DNA of 64,000 nt from NCBI RefSeq assembly GCF_963853765.1, contig NC_088856.1, forward strand, positions 22,630,001 to 22,694,000, written 5' to 3'. The notes under the pieces are model-generated. The model did no database searches and was not told the origin of the DNA. It saw only the letters and a program-made list of their open reading frames with translations. Below are positions 13,873-26,629 of this stretch, piece by piece; position 1 is the stretch's first letter, and each line of letters starts with the position of its first letter. The position numbers were made by a program, and so were the translations under genes. This stretch comes from Magallana gigas. Taxonomy: Eukaryota.

Positions 13873-14677
13873 TCAGTCAGAAACTTTGTATCCGCTCAAA
13901 AATGTGAAATGGGCGTGTATGTAGGTAGCATATCCTGAAAAATTAGGTGTCCAGAATTGACTGCCCTTCTTCATCCTTACTACAAGGTGTCCAGTAGTAC
14001 TCGCCCAAGTGGCAGTCTGGTCTTCCATGACCGTCCAGACGATTTGTTTGCCATCGAGTACTCCACCAATATACGCTTTTGCCCCTTTTTTTGTCAAATA
14101 CGTCCAAGTAAAGGAATAAACCCCGTCCACAGGGGCCGTGAATTTACCGGTACTTGTGTCATATCCCTCACCAATGTTTGTGACTATATGGTTATACTTA
14201 ATTATCTGATTCTTTGAAAGACTTGAGATAGAATTTTTGAGATAAACATGGAAGGCAACAGTTGTATCTAAAATACAAGAAATTTTGAATTAATTGTTTA
14301 TCCTTTTAATAAAACAAAAACTTTGAAAAAAATAGTGTTTATCAAAATAAAAGTACTATGTAAAGAGTCAAGTAATATAATTAATATCATATCTATATGA
14401 TAAACTCGTTTTAATTAAAGGGGCATTGTCACAATTTTTTTTCCATATTTTAAACTTTTCAATTTTTAATGTTTGAAATGCTTGGTTACGGTATTTCAAA
14501 TGATCAGCCAAAGTTTCAACAAAGGTTTCAATTTTAAAGCGAGATATAGAGCCTTTATTTCACTGTAACGTAAACAAAGCTCGTGCATATTCTTGTTTAC
14601 ATCGGTTGTATTTACGGTTTTTTTATTCAAGTATTCATATAACATAAATCACAATAAATTGCATATTGACTTCATAA

Positions 14678-14742
<65 letters not shown>

Positions 14743-16179
14743 CCTCTAAATATAGAATATATTCTTCCAGATTTCCCAGCCCTCATTTAAGAGTACTTGT
14801 CTATTATTTTTACTAGCAATATATTTATTTGTGTCATACATAATCTTGATGGAGGATATCAACCCATTTAGAAAATCTTTCTTACTACAGCATCTCATAA
14901 TATATATAAAATATTTAATTTTTAAGGCAATGATATATTTTACTTGATCTAAATTCTTTCAGTTGTGAATCTGAGGGGTTAGGAAGTGATACAAAAATGT
15001 GATTTAAGGTTAGTAGAAATTTTTAAACCGTTAAACGACCCGATGGTGTAAGGTTTCTACGGTTTCCATGTCTCATTGTTTATTTTCATATGTTGAAACT
15101 TTAATCTAAAGTTCATATCAAAGATATTTTGCAGATTTGTAACAAAGTCTTTGCCAAGTAATTTAAAAGTTTTCTTGCCCCACTCCAGAGCTTCATTTGA
15201 GTATATTATATCATCACAATGTTTTTTGCATCCTTTCCAAACAACTTGTGTTTTGTTGTAGTTTATATGAAGTCCACATATTTTGCAAAATCTTGCAAAA
15301 TCTTGCAATATTTTAAGACTTGATTGTAAAGATTGTTCACTACCATCCAATAAAAATGAGGTATCATCAGCAATCCTTGCTTTTTCAAATTTTAATAGCT
15401 TGGATTTCAGTACATATCAAGAACAGATAGGGTAATAATGGATCGCCTTGGCGACATCTTCGGTACAAATAAAAAGTGTCTGATATGTTACCTCTCTGAT
15501 TCACAACTAATGTTATGTTTGAATAAAAAATACTAACCCACTTTCTAATGGACTCACCAAAATTAAAATATAAGTGCTATTTTAATTTAAGACCATGACA
15601 CGGCTGTATTTACTTGTAAACGTTTTGCTCTCTATGAACCCCCCTTCCCTTAATCTTGAACATAAGCAATCGAATATTATTTATCTATTCAAGCTTATAC
15701 TCTTACAAATTCTATTTCAGCGATTTTTAACTATAGTTGGAAGCCAAAAAAACTTGATTAAAAATCTAAATAATTTATATATATATTAATCTTAATCTTA
15801 TATGAAAATATATCTAAATGCCTTTTAAAAAGCAAACAAACAAAAAAGAAATGAAAACCCTTTAAAGCATTAGAGGTATATATATACGATATTCATAGCC
15901 TACCATTAATATTCCAGGTCCTTCTGTTACAACTTGGTTCCCATCCTATTTCCCGACAAGTGTTTTTGTAGCTTCTTAGTCTTTTTATAAAAGCATTCTT
16001 GTCGTTGTTCTCAGCTAACGTCATACACAGAAGAGTAAGGCCGACAACCACACATGTTCTCAGTCCCTGAGAATATCCTTATATACTATACACACTATTT
16101 TATATACATATTTAAATTTTGATTCTTGAAAGTTTACCAATTAAAAATAAAATATTCAAACTATTTTTCAACTTACCAT
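13873..16179 (-). CDS. C1qDC gene C, secreted gC1q protein of about 186 aa; exons 16177-16179, 15904-16066, 13873-14267
   Basis: AAAAATG|GTAAGT, ctcag|GGA, AAT G|GTAGGC and ttttag|AT ACA give consistent phases (0, then 1). Open frame MGLRTCVVVGLTLLCMTLAEN...CREIGWEPSC...DTTVAFHVYL...GEGYDTSTGKFTAPVDGVYSFTW...FLSGYKVSD. The AF...GYD..TGKFTAPV.GVY.F...F.G pattern is gC1q. AATAAA at 13791-13796 on the minus strand. Confidence 0.88.
14679..14740. repeat. (TA)7(GA)24 compound microsatellite
   Basis: Direct reading. Confidence 0.9.
14830..15575 (-). mobile_element. Decayed non-LTR retrotransposon reverse-transcriptase fragment (L1/Tx1-like) in intron 2 of gene C
   Basis: Minus-strand remnants QGDPLLPYLF, ADDTSFLLDGSEQSL, GLHINYNKTQVVW, FKLLG and SLPNP. 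Absent from intron 2 of D. Confidence 0.8.
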
Positions 16180-16320
16180 TTTTCTGAACGGATTGCGAAA
16201 AGTACACAGTAAAATTGTAATATGCAATATATTTCTCTTACTTAATATATACTTGGTTCATTCTTAATATGTCATTAAAATGAAATTAATACATCAATAT
16301 CACGTTTCCTCAACAGTTTG

Positions 16321-16331
16321 TGCACGCAAGA
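16321..16331. promoter_or_regulatory. Invariant TGCACGCAAGA promoter motif (MRE core TGCRCNC; XRE core TTGCGTG on the gene strand); also at 1263, 8197, 31489, 44968
   Basis: Identical 11-mer 141-163 nt upstream of the start codon in all five copies that retain exon 1, amid diverged flanks. Confidence 0.6.
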
Positions 16332-16883
16332 TAAAAACATTTCAAAGAGTTACTGGGTTTGATCTTTTTCAGAAAGCTAATATTTATAGAGTGAGAATGC
16401 ATTGCAGTAAATGATGCATTACTCCAAATTTACAAATTAACAAAACAAAACTATGAAGTTTGTGCAAAAAATGAGAAATATAAGATCGGTTGACAAGATC
16501 TGAAATTTATAGTTTGTTGAACATTTTAAAGTAATGTTGATCATTATATCTTTTTCAGAATTAATAAACCTTCTTAAAACTTCTTAAAACATAGAATCGT
16601 AGAAATGAACGAAAATGTTTTGAAGTTTGAAACCAGAACTTGTGTATGTTTCTTTCTAGATAAAAAAGAAATTAACTGCTAGAAAATAAATAATTATCTG
16701 CAATTTAATGCGGATCTAAAATGTAAGCTTTTGTTCATCAGGTAAACTTTTGTTCTTAAGAAAATTAATGTCTGTTATTAGACTTTCAAAATCATTACAA
16801 AAAATTAAATTACATGATTGTAAAATATTTATTGTTGTCGAGCATGGTTTAATCACATGTTGGACTGTAACCAGTTATAGGTA

Positions 16884-17172
16884 TTTTCTCGGAAGGGGGG
16901 GGGGGGGTGGAATGGACAGAGGGGCATTTACTCTTAAATACTCAATTATACGTCTGACATATACGTCAACAAGATAAGCAATTACTTCTCATATTTTATA
17001 ACACAAAAGATAAAATTGACTGGAAAACTTTCTCGGAAGGGGGGAGGGGGGGGGGATGGACAGAGGGGCATTTACTCTTAAATACTCAATTATACGTCTG
17101 ACATATACGTCTACAAGATAGGCAATTACTTCTCATATTTTATAACACAAAAGATAAAATTGACTGGAAAAC
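16884..17172. repeat. Local tandem duplication of about 146 bp
   Basis: Two near-identical copies (TTCTCGGAAGGG...TTGACTGGAAAAC) versus a single copy at about 32059-32203 in unit 2. Confidence 0.9.
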
Positions 17173-17982
17173 TTCTGCAATGAGCGTAACGTATTCCTGA
17201 TAATAACAAGAGCAAATGATAAAAATACCATTTCTAAGAAAAAAAATTTGATACTGAAAAATCGTTCGATGATGTCAATGCTAGAAACATTCAATGTATA
17301 TATGATTGCACAACAAAAAGAATGAATACATTTTCCCTGTAAGTTCCTATATTTGTAAGTACAAAATACCTTTCTGACCACAGATAATTATATAACTTAT
17401 CAATGCTGTTATGAAAATATAGTAGAATTTAAAAGATACAAGACATGGATTTAAAATTTTCTGTTACATGTAAGATATACTTATAATAACAGGTAGATAA
17501 AGTTGATTCATCGGCAATTAATATGTCCGCTGTCCAGTTATGTTGGGGAAATGTTGTTATAGAAGGTCTGAAACTGTGACAATACTGAATTAAATACACT
17601 TTACGTGTATTACTTGGTGAAAAGAAATTTATTGACAGGTTCTCTATCTTAAGTATGTTACATTTGTAACATAAATACTTAAATAGCTGGTGTAAATTTC
17701 TTTCATGAAATAACTCAACCAGTATACTGTCACAATAATCACTTTTTTATTATCGTCATTAATCATGCAGACTTAATTTCATTACATGAAGAAAAGAAAA
17801 CTTTTTTTGTCAGTTTTAGATTACTGCACGTAAAAAACCTTATTTTTTAATAAAAATTACTAATAAGTTTTTTTGCACCAAATCTCTGGTTTTACCACAG
17901 TATGTCGTTTTCTCAAAAACTTTAAAGCTAGAAGTCTCTATATTCAGCATTAATATAATGCAAGTTGACTAACTGTTCACAG

Positions 17983-18246
17983 CAAATGTTCAATGTTATC
18001 TCCATTCGTATTGATTATCGCACCAATTTTGGCGTGACTCAGAAATGTCGTGTGTTAGACAACCATCAATTCTTGACGGCTACCCCGCGGGCGCCGCCAG
18101 TGGTACCCCTCCTACCGTCACTTTCGTCTGTAACCCCGGGTATACTCTCTCTGGCAACCCGGCATACACCTGTGATACAAGTGGAGCGAATCCGCATTGG
18201 ACAGGAAACGCGGAGTGTATTACTATGTTCATCAAAGACGGTATTG
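17983..18246 (+). pseudogene. Sushi/CCP-domain exon, copy 1 (frameshifted leader)
   Basis: Branch site and acceptor GACTAAC-TGTTCACAG| at 17982. 18045-18246 encodes SCVRQPSILDG...VTFVCNPGYTLSGNPAYTCDTSGANPHWTGNAEC, the four-Cys plus Trp CCP pattern. Donor ATT G|GTAAAT. The signal-peptide-like MLSPFVLIIAPI (ATG 17993) is out of frame. Confidence 0.75.
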
Positions 18247-21200
18247 GTAAATAAAATGCATGGTTTATTTTGTAGTTTTTAATGTTTATACGTTTTTATT
18301 TACAATATACACGCATTGATGTTTTATCTCTCACCAATTTGCTTTTATGAAACATATACTGTTTTAATATTTTTAATTCTTAAGCGTTTTGAATTTGAAC
18401 TTAAACTAATGGAAAAAAAGATTAAGACTTCCATATTTTTTTCTAATGTTGAATTCATTCACTGTGTAAGTTAATAATTTCTATTCCAATGTCCCTATTC
18501 ATAAAAAATCTTATTTTGATAAAAGCTCTTTCATAGTTTTAGGAGACTTTGAGATTTTAATATAAAACAGGATGCAATAACACTATTCGGTCTTTAGTTT
18601 TTCTTTTAAATATGAAGGTATATATCGAGGTTTTAACAACAAAGACAAACCAATCATAGATTCTCTTACAAATTTATTCTCAAATTCTTAAATGGTACCT
18701 CCATTTTTACTACGATCGGCTAAAAACCGTATTGCAGTCACTAAGTAGCTATTTAAACACAGCTGTTTCTTTTTTAGCAGAAATTAAACAAACAATTGGA
18801 ACCAATGCCATTCTGAAAATATTTTGATTAAACTGATATCGAAATCATGGCCCAGATCAAAACGTCTTAACTGATTTAAATATTAAATGCATGGTTTTAT
18901 CAGTATCAGACTAGGTTGATCACAGCCTAATTGGAATGCTTTGAATAGGATGTCGATTTTTTTCTCTCACGTGTATTAAAGAGTAATGTGTGAATCTTGT
19001 TTGTTTCCGACAATACTCCCTTGACTTAGTTTTGACATACCTCCGCCGATGTTACATGTAAAGGGGTATCAGTTGAGGAACGAAGAATGAGTCCAAGCCA
19101 TTAGTTTGCATTACTTGCAATTCTGTCTTCATCTTGTCCGGTGACCTACATGTAACTGTTATTGAATTAAAATATCATATATCTTAAAACAAATGTTTAA
19201 AACACTATGTATTCTTAGAAAAAAATCTTTTGTGAGGTTTTAATGGCAATAACGTGTCTTTCATAACCATTGATTCATAAAGGACAAGACAGTGAATTCT
19301 TTTTCTTTACCTCATATCTTATCTACTTCACTTTAAGGGGGAAGTCTACACCGTAACCAATATGTCTGATGTGCCGGTTGAACCGCCATCTTGTTCCGGA
19401 TTGACTTGTTTTTTCATGGAACAAAATAACCTTACACCGTTTTTGGAACTCTTTAATAGAGGAGTGTAAAAAAATTTATGAAATCACGTAAACACTTAGA
19501 CAGTGAGATGAAAATATATGCGTGGCAAAAGCTTTTAAACTACATTGATTATCAGCTGTTTTTTGCGAAAAGCCGGTTAGTGAAGTTTAAAGATCGCTTT
19601 TATACTTATCATGTCAGCTACAGCACACGATCATACATACGGGGCATATTATAAAGGTAAGTATTTATTTTTTAAATTATAAAAATAATCACCATCTCTT
19701 TTTATATTCCTAATTTTATTCTGAACTGAAAGAAGTGCGGTTAGTACCGTCCTTTCAACATATGAAGTTAAAGGATAATTGGATATATGAATAAATCAAG
19801 ACAATCAACACCTCTATTGTTTTGTATGGGAAATTTGTATGTAGCAATAGCAGTGGAAAATGTGTAGAAGAAGATTTGGTAGATCCGGAGGGTAATGCCG
19901 TATTTCATGATCACTCTTATATGTGTACGGAAAAAACATGTATGTGTAACTATGCCTAAGCTTTTCTTTCATAATTTTGATTAGTATCGGTACAATATAA
20001 AAACATATTTTAATTTTGTTAGTAAATTACAAGATATAATGTGCTGTATATATACATGCAAAAAAAAATAGTTTTAAAGGTTCGAGTAATGATATCCAAG
20101 CAGAGCAAAAAGATGATGGGACAGAATATGCTGTCTCAGAAGACGATGATAATGAAGAAGAAGAAAATAAAGGTCAAACTAAATGCATATTTTATATAAA
20201 TGCATGACAACAGTGAATACATTGATATATAGCAGTACAATTGATGCTTATGTATTTATGTGTTTTTTTAAATCTACAGGTGGAAATTTCTATCCTGTGC
20301 AAGGACGACATATCATAGATCTAAAAATCTTAATTCAAGGTCTAGAGAGAGGGTGTCATTCTTGCAAAAATCCTCTACAGTTGTCGTCTTGCATTGGAGA
20401 CAACATATATGGACTAGATACTATATACATATACACAAAACTAATTTTGGCATATTTAAAGGTATGTTATAAAAATGTACTTTTACACATAATTTTGGTC
20501 TATAGCAAATATATTTATTAAGCATTTTGAATGTTTTTAAATGTGAATTTATAATAAATATTTAAATTATCTTTGAAAATATTTTTATACAGGAAGCCTA
20601 CTTCACATGGAATGTGAACACTGTCAAAATGTTACACTAATCCCTACTGGAACGAGACATGGTCCTAATGTTTGGGATGTAAACTCCAAACTAAGTGCAG
20701 GTAAAATAATTTTTTATAAAGTATATTTTACATTTTATGTTTAAAATAACCTTATCTTTTTTCTATTTTATCAAATCATTTTTATAGCTATGCTTTTGTG
20801 TGGCATTGGAGACACCACAATTAACTCTCTCCTTGGGACATTAAATTTGCCACCTGTTACCAAAACTACATTGAAGAGGCGAGAAAGAGAAACAGGAATT
20901 GCATTCGAAGAAGTGGCTTATGAGTCTTGTTGTGAAGCACTATGGAAGAAAAGAGCAGGTAGGTCCGAAGGCAATAAATCATCTAACTAAATGTTTCACG
21001 TATGCAGTAAAAGGCAATTCAGACAGAGAATCCTTAGAAAACAATCATAGAGCTGAGCTATTCCATTCCATGTCACAGGGGACCATTCAAATTTGTAGAG
21101 ACTGGTGCGGGTAAGAAAATAAGTATATCAAATGTTATCAGAGTAGTATATATAATTTTTGAAACCCTTAAATTTTACATTGTATTTTTGTAGCAACAAG

Positions 21201-21925
21201 AAAGATACAAGCCAAAAAATTTGCAATACGGATAATATCTCCATGGAAATGATATTTTGGCCGATCTCCAGAAAGTATTTGAAAATTTCTTTTAAAAAAA
21301 TGATCGTCTGTTAAACATGGGGAGCACGCAGGACAATAACAGTTTTAACAGCGTCGTTGCATCAAAGCATCCAAAAAATCGTTTTATTGGGGGTTCTGAG
21401 TCAACTGCTTTTAGATTGGCAGCAGCTGTGTCTCAAAAAAAAAACCATTGGACATGATGCTATTTCTAAGGTTAGTTGATTTTCTTGTTTGCAATTACGT
21501 TTATGTATATAAATATTCATAAATTAACATACCACCTAAAGTTTCATTGTATAGTATATAAAGAAAATACAACCAAAAGGTGAAGTCAAGCATTACTTAC
21601 AAAAAGCGACGGTATGAACTCAAGTCCTCAACAGCAAAACAGGTAAACACAATTTTATCAATGATTTTCAATTTACATATATTTCAAAAATACAATTATT
21701 TATCTATAATAGAATGTTTTTTTTCTAAGACGTATGCACATATCGATTTACTAATTAAATTATTCGTTGTATAAAACAGGTGTAAACCGCTGAAATAAAG
21801 GAAGGAGCAACATATAAATCAGGTGTTGAACTTAACCCCTCAGCAGATTCCATTGAAGAAATACCTGATGCAACTCAACCACCAACTCCAAGACCAGTTG
21901 ACAAAGGAGGAAACACATTTTTTTT

Positions 21926-22577
21926 TTGACTTAGAGACCACTAGCTTGGGTAATGAACTTTGTTTGTATTACAATTGACAAATGAAAATATCGAATATGA
22001 AACCAATTTTTTTTTTATAACGAAGTAACATAAACATTTATGAATTCAAAAAGAAAATCATTCTATGTAAAATATATTTTTTATTTCTTTCAATTTTTAC
22101 ATTTTAGGCACTTCTTGTGACAATATGCAGTTGGCCTGTGTTGCTGGAGAAGAAATGTTCAATAAGTATGTTTTTCCAAACTTTACAATTACTGTAACTG
22201 GGATCTATGTTAAAAATGGGGAGATGTTTGTTTACAATACTAGAGTTCAGAGTGTTTCTGTGAAGAAGTGTATAGAGGAATTAGCTGAGTGGCTAAAACA
22301 GTTTCATAAGCCATTACTGGTATGTCATAATGGACGAGCATTTGACACCATTATTTTATTGAAAAATTGTATGAACATTCCTTGCTCTTTGCCATTTGAA
22401 GGTTTTGTTGACAGTTTGTTTGTTTTGAAAGAAGCTTTTCCAGGTAGGAAATGTTATAAACTGGAAGCATTAGTTAAGGATTGTATGTCTATGTCATTTG
22501 AGACCCACTCAGCTCTTGAAGATGTTAGGGCTTTACAGTCATTGGTTTTACATTTGAACATAAGTTGTGATGTTTAG
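21926..22577 (+). pseudogene. DEDDh 3'-5' exonuclease domain in the transposon ORF
   Basis: ExoI FDLETT at about 21926-21943 before a GT donor. ExoII LVCHNGRAFD and ExoIII HSALEDV are in ORF 22125-22577. Frameshifts and stops lie up- and downstream. Confidence 0.8.
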
Positions 22578-23130
22578 TTAAAACACAGTTTTAGAGTAGA
22601 TTTTGTAATATCTTCTATTAATTATAAATCAAAGACAAATGATAACTTAGTCTCTTTGCAAGCTTTATCACATTCTGTTTCCAATTACATGTTACAAAAA
22701 TAGCACAGTCTGGTTTATCATATGAATATCTGAAAACTGCCTATGAAAGAGGAGGACCGGAGGGTATTTAAAATATACTGAGTGAGACCAATTCTGATGG
22801 TGTTGTAAGAGATACAAAATCAGTTTTGTTTTAAAGATCATCACTCATTTTTCAAAATAAGTTGTTTTTGTATAGACAGGAAATTTTGTTCCGTTTTTTT
22901 ATATACTGTTGATTTATTTTACAGGTTCATATGTTTTTGTTTTTTTATAATCTGAAATGCATTTTAATATCTATTAGAACAGGTGAAAATTATGTTGAAG
23001 CATGACAGGTAATGTAAATATGTATTGAAAGGTCTGGAAGATTTGTATTGTGATATGAAAAAAGGTAAATGTATTTTTTAACTCTTTGTGCTTTTTGTGG
23101 TGTCTGCTATTTCTGGTTTCTGCTTACTTA

Positions 23131-24115
23131 ATTGCTTTGTGTGTTTGTCCTAAATGTGCTTCATTTATATGCTTTGTGTGTTTGTCCTAATTGTGCTTCA
23201 TTTATATGCTTTGTGTGTTTGTCCTAAATGTGGTTCATTTATCATGCTTTGTGTGCATATATTATTTGGCTTAAATGTGCATGCTTAATTTAATTCTGAT
23301 ATGAGTATTTGACATAAATGCTTTGCATATTTTTAATTACATTTAACTAATTGTTCTGTTTTATACATATGTTCAAATTAGCTTAATTTCCACTCTGATT
23401 AAACATATATATTATTAATTTTTCTTATAATACTAGCAAATTAAATATTCTTACATGCATTTCATTTTGCATATAGTTCACAAGAACACTCTTACTTAAA
23501 TAAAATGTGTATCTTTGTTTCCTTTGAATTTACATATGCAGCATTATTAGACATTATTAGACATTACACATTTATTTATTAGCATTCACTCTTTATAACA
23601 ATTTTGGTATTTTTGAAAATGTGTACTCAAATTAGTACCAGTGTGTTTGGGACAAGATAAAATCAAGAAAGATAACTCTTTAACTGGATGTTTTTTGCAA
23701 AAAATTTTGTAATAATTTGATATTTTCTTTAAAAATTCAATTTTATTCAATTTCTTTTCTGATTCAGAAACATTTAAGTATGCTCTTTTAATTTTGAGAT
23801 TTTTGTGGAATTTCATGCAGCAATTTGCTATTAATAATTTTTTTAAATGTGTTAGTTTCACATTTTCTGGATTTCAATTAAAAAATAATACAGACTTTAT
23901 TCATTATTTCTTTCTTTGTTATTTAAGAACATGATTCTGCTTTATATTCATACATAATAATTTTGAATTTCATGCAGCAGTTTGCTTTAAATTATTTTTT
24001 AAATGTGCTAGTTTCACATTTTCTGGATTTCAACTAAAAATATTAAAGACTTTATCCATTATTTCTTACTTTGTTATTTAAGAACACAATTCTGCTTTAT
24101 ATTCATACATAATAA
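23131..24115. repeat. Subterminal repeats inside the Kolobok element (37-bp x3 at 23131-23255; about 150-bp x2 at 23800-24115)
   Basis: TGCTTTGTGTGTTTGTCCTAAATGTGCTTCATTTATA x3; GAATTTCATGCAGCA...ATTCATACATAATAAT x2. Confidence 0.8.
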
Positions 24116-24419
24116 TCAGGAGAATTTTTTTTTCTTATTAATAAGAACAAAAAAATCGTTGAAAAATTATAAAAGTAAAGCTATACACTTTAGGTTTTCT
24201 TACTGTCTGTTTCAGTACCTTCTCTTGTATACAAATGCATGTAAAAAAAAAATTCATGCACTTTATGGTTGTAGACAATCCCCTTAACTATTACTTTTTT
24301 GAAAAGAATGTTCGAGAGAATTTTAGTTTATCTTAATACTATATCAGAATACTGATCATTTAAAGTTATCTTGAATATTTATATTACGTGTCTTCAAATT
24401 TAGTTTGTATCTGTTGCAG

Positions 24420-24464
24420 GTGTTAATGCAAGTATTCGATCAGAAATTGCACCAGCTCCGCGAC
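24420..24464 (+). pseudogene. 45-nt phase 1-1 exon, probably exon 2 of the sushi gene (paralog 34559-34603 has lost its donor)
   Basis: tgttgcag|GTGTTAATGCA...CCGCGAC|GTAAGT is in phase with the sushi exon donor and encodes GVNASIRSEIAPAPR. The copy at 34559-34603 ends in |ATAAGT. Confidence 0.55.
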
Positions 24465-25987
24465 GTAAGTTTTTTTAAAGTGTGTAATATCGGACTACGA
24501 ACTACTATAATAATACAATGACTAAAACCAACAGATGAATTGAAAATGTAATAATTTATCTGCTAGGTTAAACATAATGCAAACAAATAATCAAAGATAG
24601 GATGTTAACATGTTTTGACAACTGAAAAATATTCATGCCATATACAAACCACAATGTATGTACTTACATGTACAAGAAAACAAAATTGACCCGAGCGTCA
24701 AAAGACGGCCACAAAAACAATGTTGAATTCTAAACAATATGATTATTTGAAAATATCGAGTTGTTAATTACATTAAAAAAAATTTCACTTACAGACATGG
24801 ACAAAGTTGCTATTAGTAGCTTTTGAAAATTAGATTGATTTCACTTTTACTTATTAATTAAATAAATTAATTTTAATCTTATTATTTTCTAAGATAACAT
24901 TTTCATACTTTGGTCTTATTCAACCACATACTTTCTGTGTTTAGCAGACAAAGTATTTGATTGAATGTAGACATTTGTAATAGCCCCACGAAAACGCACA
25001 GCTACTTTTGACTTTCATACATATTATATAATTATTCTAGCGGCCGGTGTTGAATTTGAATATAATGAAATTGGCGAAGATAAAAGTCGTTAAATTTTTG
25101 AAAAACGTAATTATTCGGAACTGTTGACTGTGTGAAATGCTATTCTCATGCATGACAACAATAAAAACAGCATGAAATGTCTAAACCCTTTTTTTGTATA
25201 AAGTAGGTAATATGGAAGAGTTGTTTTCCATTTTTTTTAGTTTGGTTTTGGATTCTGATAGCAGTTGGTTCTTTGGTGACCATAGCGTAATATAAGTTTT
25301 ATGTGTTTGCTGCTTTAAAAAGTGTTATAGGTTTGTAAAACATACGCTCATTATTAAAGAAAATTAAGGAACCCGTTCATGTTTTTTTAGTTTCCGTGCT
25401 CTCCGGAGTCTGCAGACTTTTCCAAATGAAGATTCACATTTCATTTAAAGTTTTTTTGTTTTTTTAATAAACCTATCATTTGAAAGAAAAATCATTAAAA
25501 CAAAACATTAAATAATGAATTAAACAAAACAGCCTATTAATCCAAAACTGTTATAGTTTTCTAAAAAATATAAACAGTGATTATAGGTTACTTACACATA
25601 CTGATCTTCCATTTATAAGTATGTCAAGCACAAGATGTTTAGTGGAAAACTCATTATGTATTTCAGGAAAAATAGAGTACAAAACATAGGACCAACCAAC
25701 ATCAAAGACTTTCCAGTGGCTGCGATATGACCATGGTTTAATTTTGATGCTAGTGGCTGCACGTGTTCTGGATATTGCTTTTCCTGTGGTTATTTTGCAG
25801 AGCCATTGCAAATTTCTTAGTTTTATTTTCCACGAAAGTCCACGAAAGTCCTGTATAAATAACTATTCAAAAGGTGAAAAAATATTTTTTTTTTCCTTTA
25901 TTCTATTTTATTTTGTCTACTACAAAACACAACACCATCACAACAAAGACAATCTCATTGAATATCTGATCTATGATGTCATTATTG

Positions 25988-26629
25988 GGAGTTGATTTTA
26001 ATCAACTTTCCTATGCAATTACTCTGGCAAACCGAAAGTGAAACAGTGTTTGGACCTAAGCGCAAATCACGACCGCTGACATGACTTAGTTCTTGAAAAT
26101 AATAGAAAAATTCGATGTAATGTATCCTGAAGCATTGTTTTTCAAGGAAACCTATCTATAACATTTTGAAAATAGTCAGATTTCATATAATACGAACAAT
26201 TTAGATATTTTTGTAGTCTCATGTATTCCTACGCCAGAGTTTAATATAGTCGCGTTCAACCTAACGCTCGGCTGTCTCCGTGAATTTCCGACAAGCAAAG
26301 AGGCTCTCTTGCTTGTCGGAGATTAACGGAGACAGCTGAACGTCTGGTTGAACGAGACAAGAGTTCGATATCAATAGTGCTTGGATCCGTACAATTTTTA
26401 GAATTGTTTCGATTACTTATAGATAGTTTAAAATCCATTTTTAAATATTACACAGCTTGATTCAAATGGGGTTTCTCGAATTTCTTGTCAGAAAAGTCTT
26501 AAAATCCATATTATTATAAAAAAGTGCGTAATTCAAATACCGACAAGAAACTAATTGCCATGCAAAATAAGTTGATTTTAAAATAAATGATATACGATTA
26601 AATCAACTCCGGTCAGTACTTCAGTACTT
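25988..26629. mobile_element. MITE with GGAGTTGATTT(T)AATC inverted termini, left end truncated
   Basis: Present in unit 1 and absent at about 36210 in unit 2. Right end GATTAAATCAACTCCGGTCAGTACTTCAGTACT. A related terminus occurs at about 47066-47100. Confidence 0.7.

Larger units (their letters stand above)
19337..24283 (+). mobile_element. Kolobok-type DNA transposon (4947 bp), degenerate; transposase fused to a DEDDh exonuclease
   Basis: TTAA at 19333-19336 and 24284-24287. TIRs GGGGGAAGTCTACA and GGGGATTGTCTACA (11/14). Empty site with a single TTAA at 34423-34426 in the paralogous unit. Intron-split coding remnants: GRHIIDL..CHSC..CEHC, LNLPP, KCFTYAV..H..GDH..WC, GSTQDNNSFN..SKHPK..RLAAAV. 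TTAA plus purine termini fits Kolobok rather than piggyBac. Confidence 0.85.

Noticed and set aside
17965-18282. 105-aa ORF (and 33062-33331) overlapping the sushi exon
   Set aside because: Mostly an alternative frame; the Cys/Trp CCP pattern is in a different or frameshifted frame.
19337-24283. piggyBac assignment for the TTAA-flanked element
   Set aside because: Termini start with GG rather than CC, and the protein remnants are not piggyBac-like.
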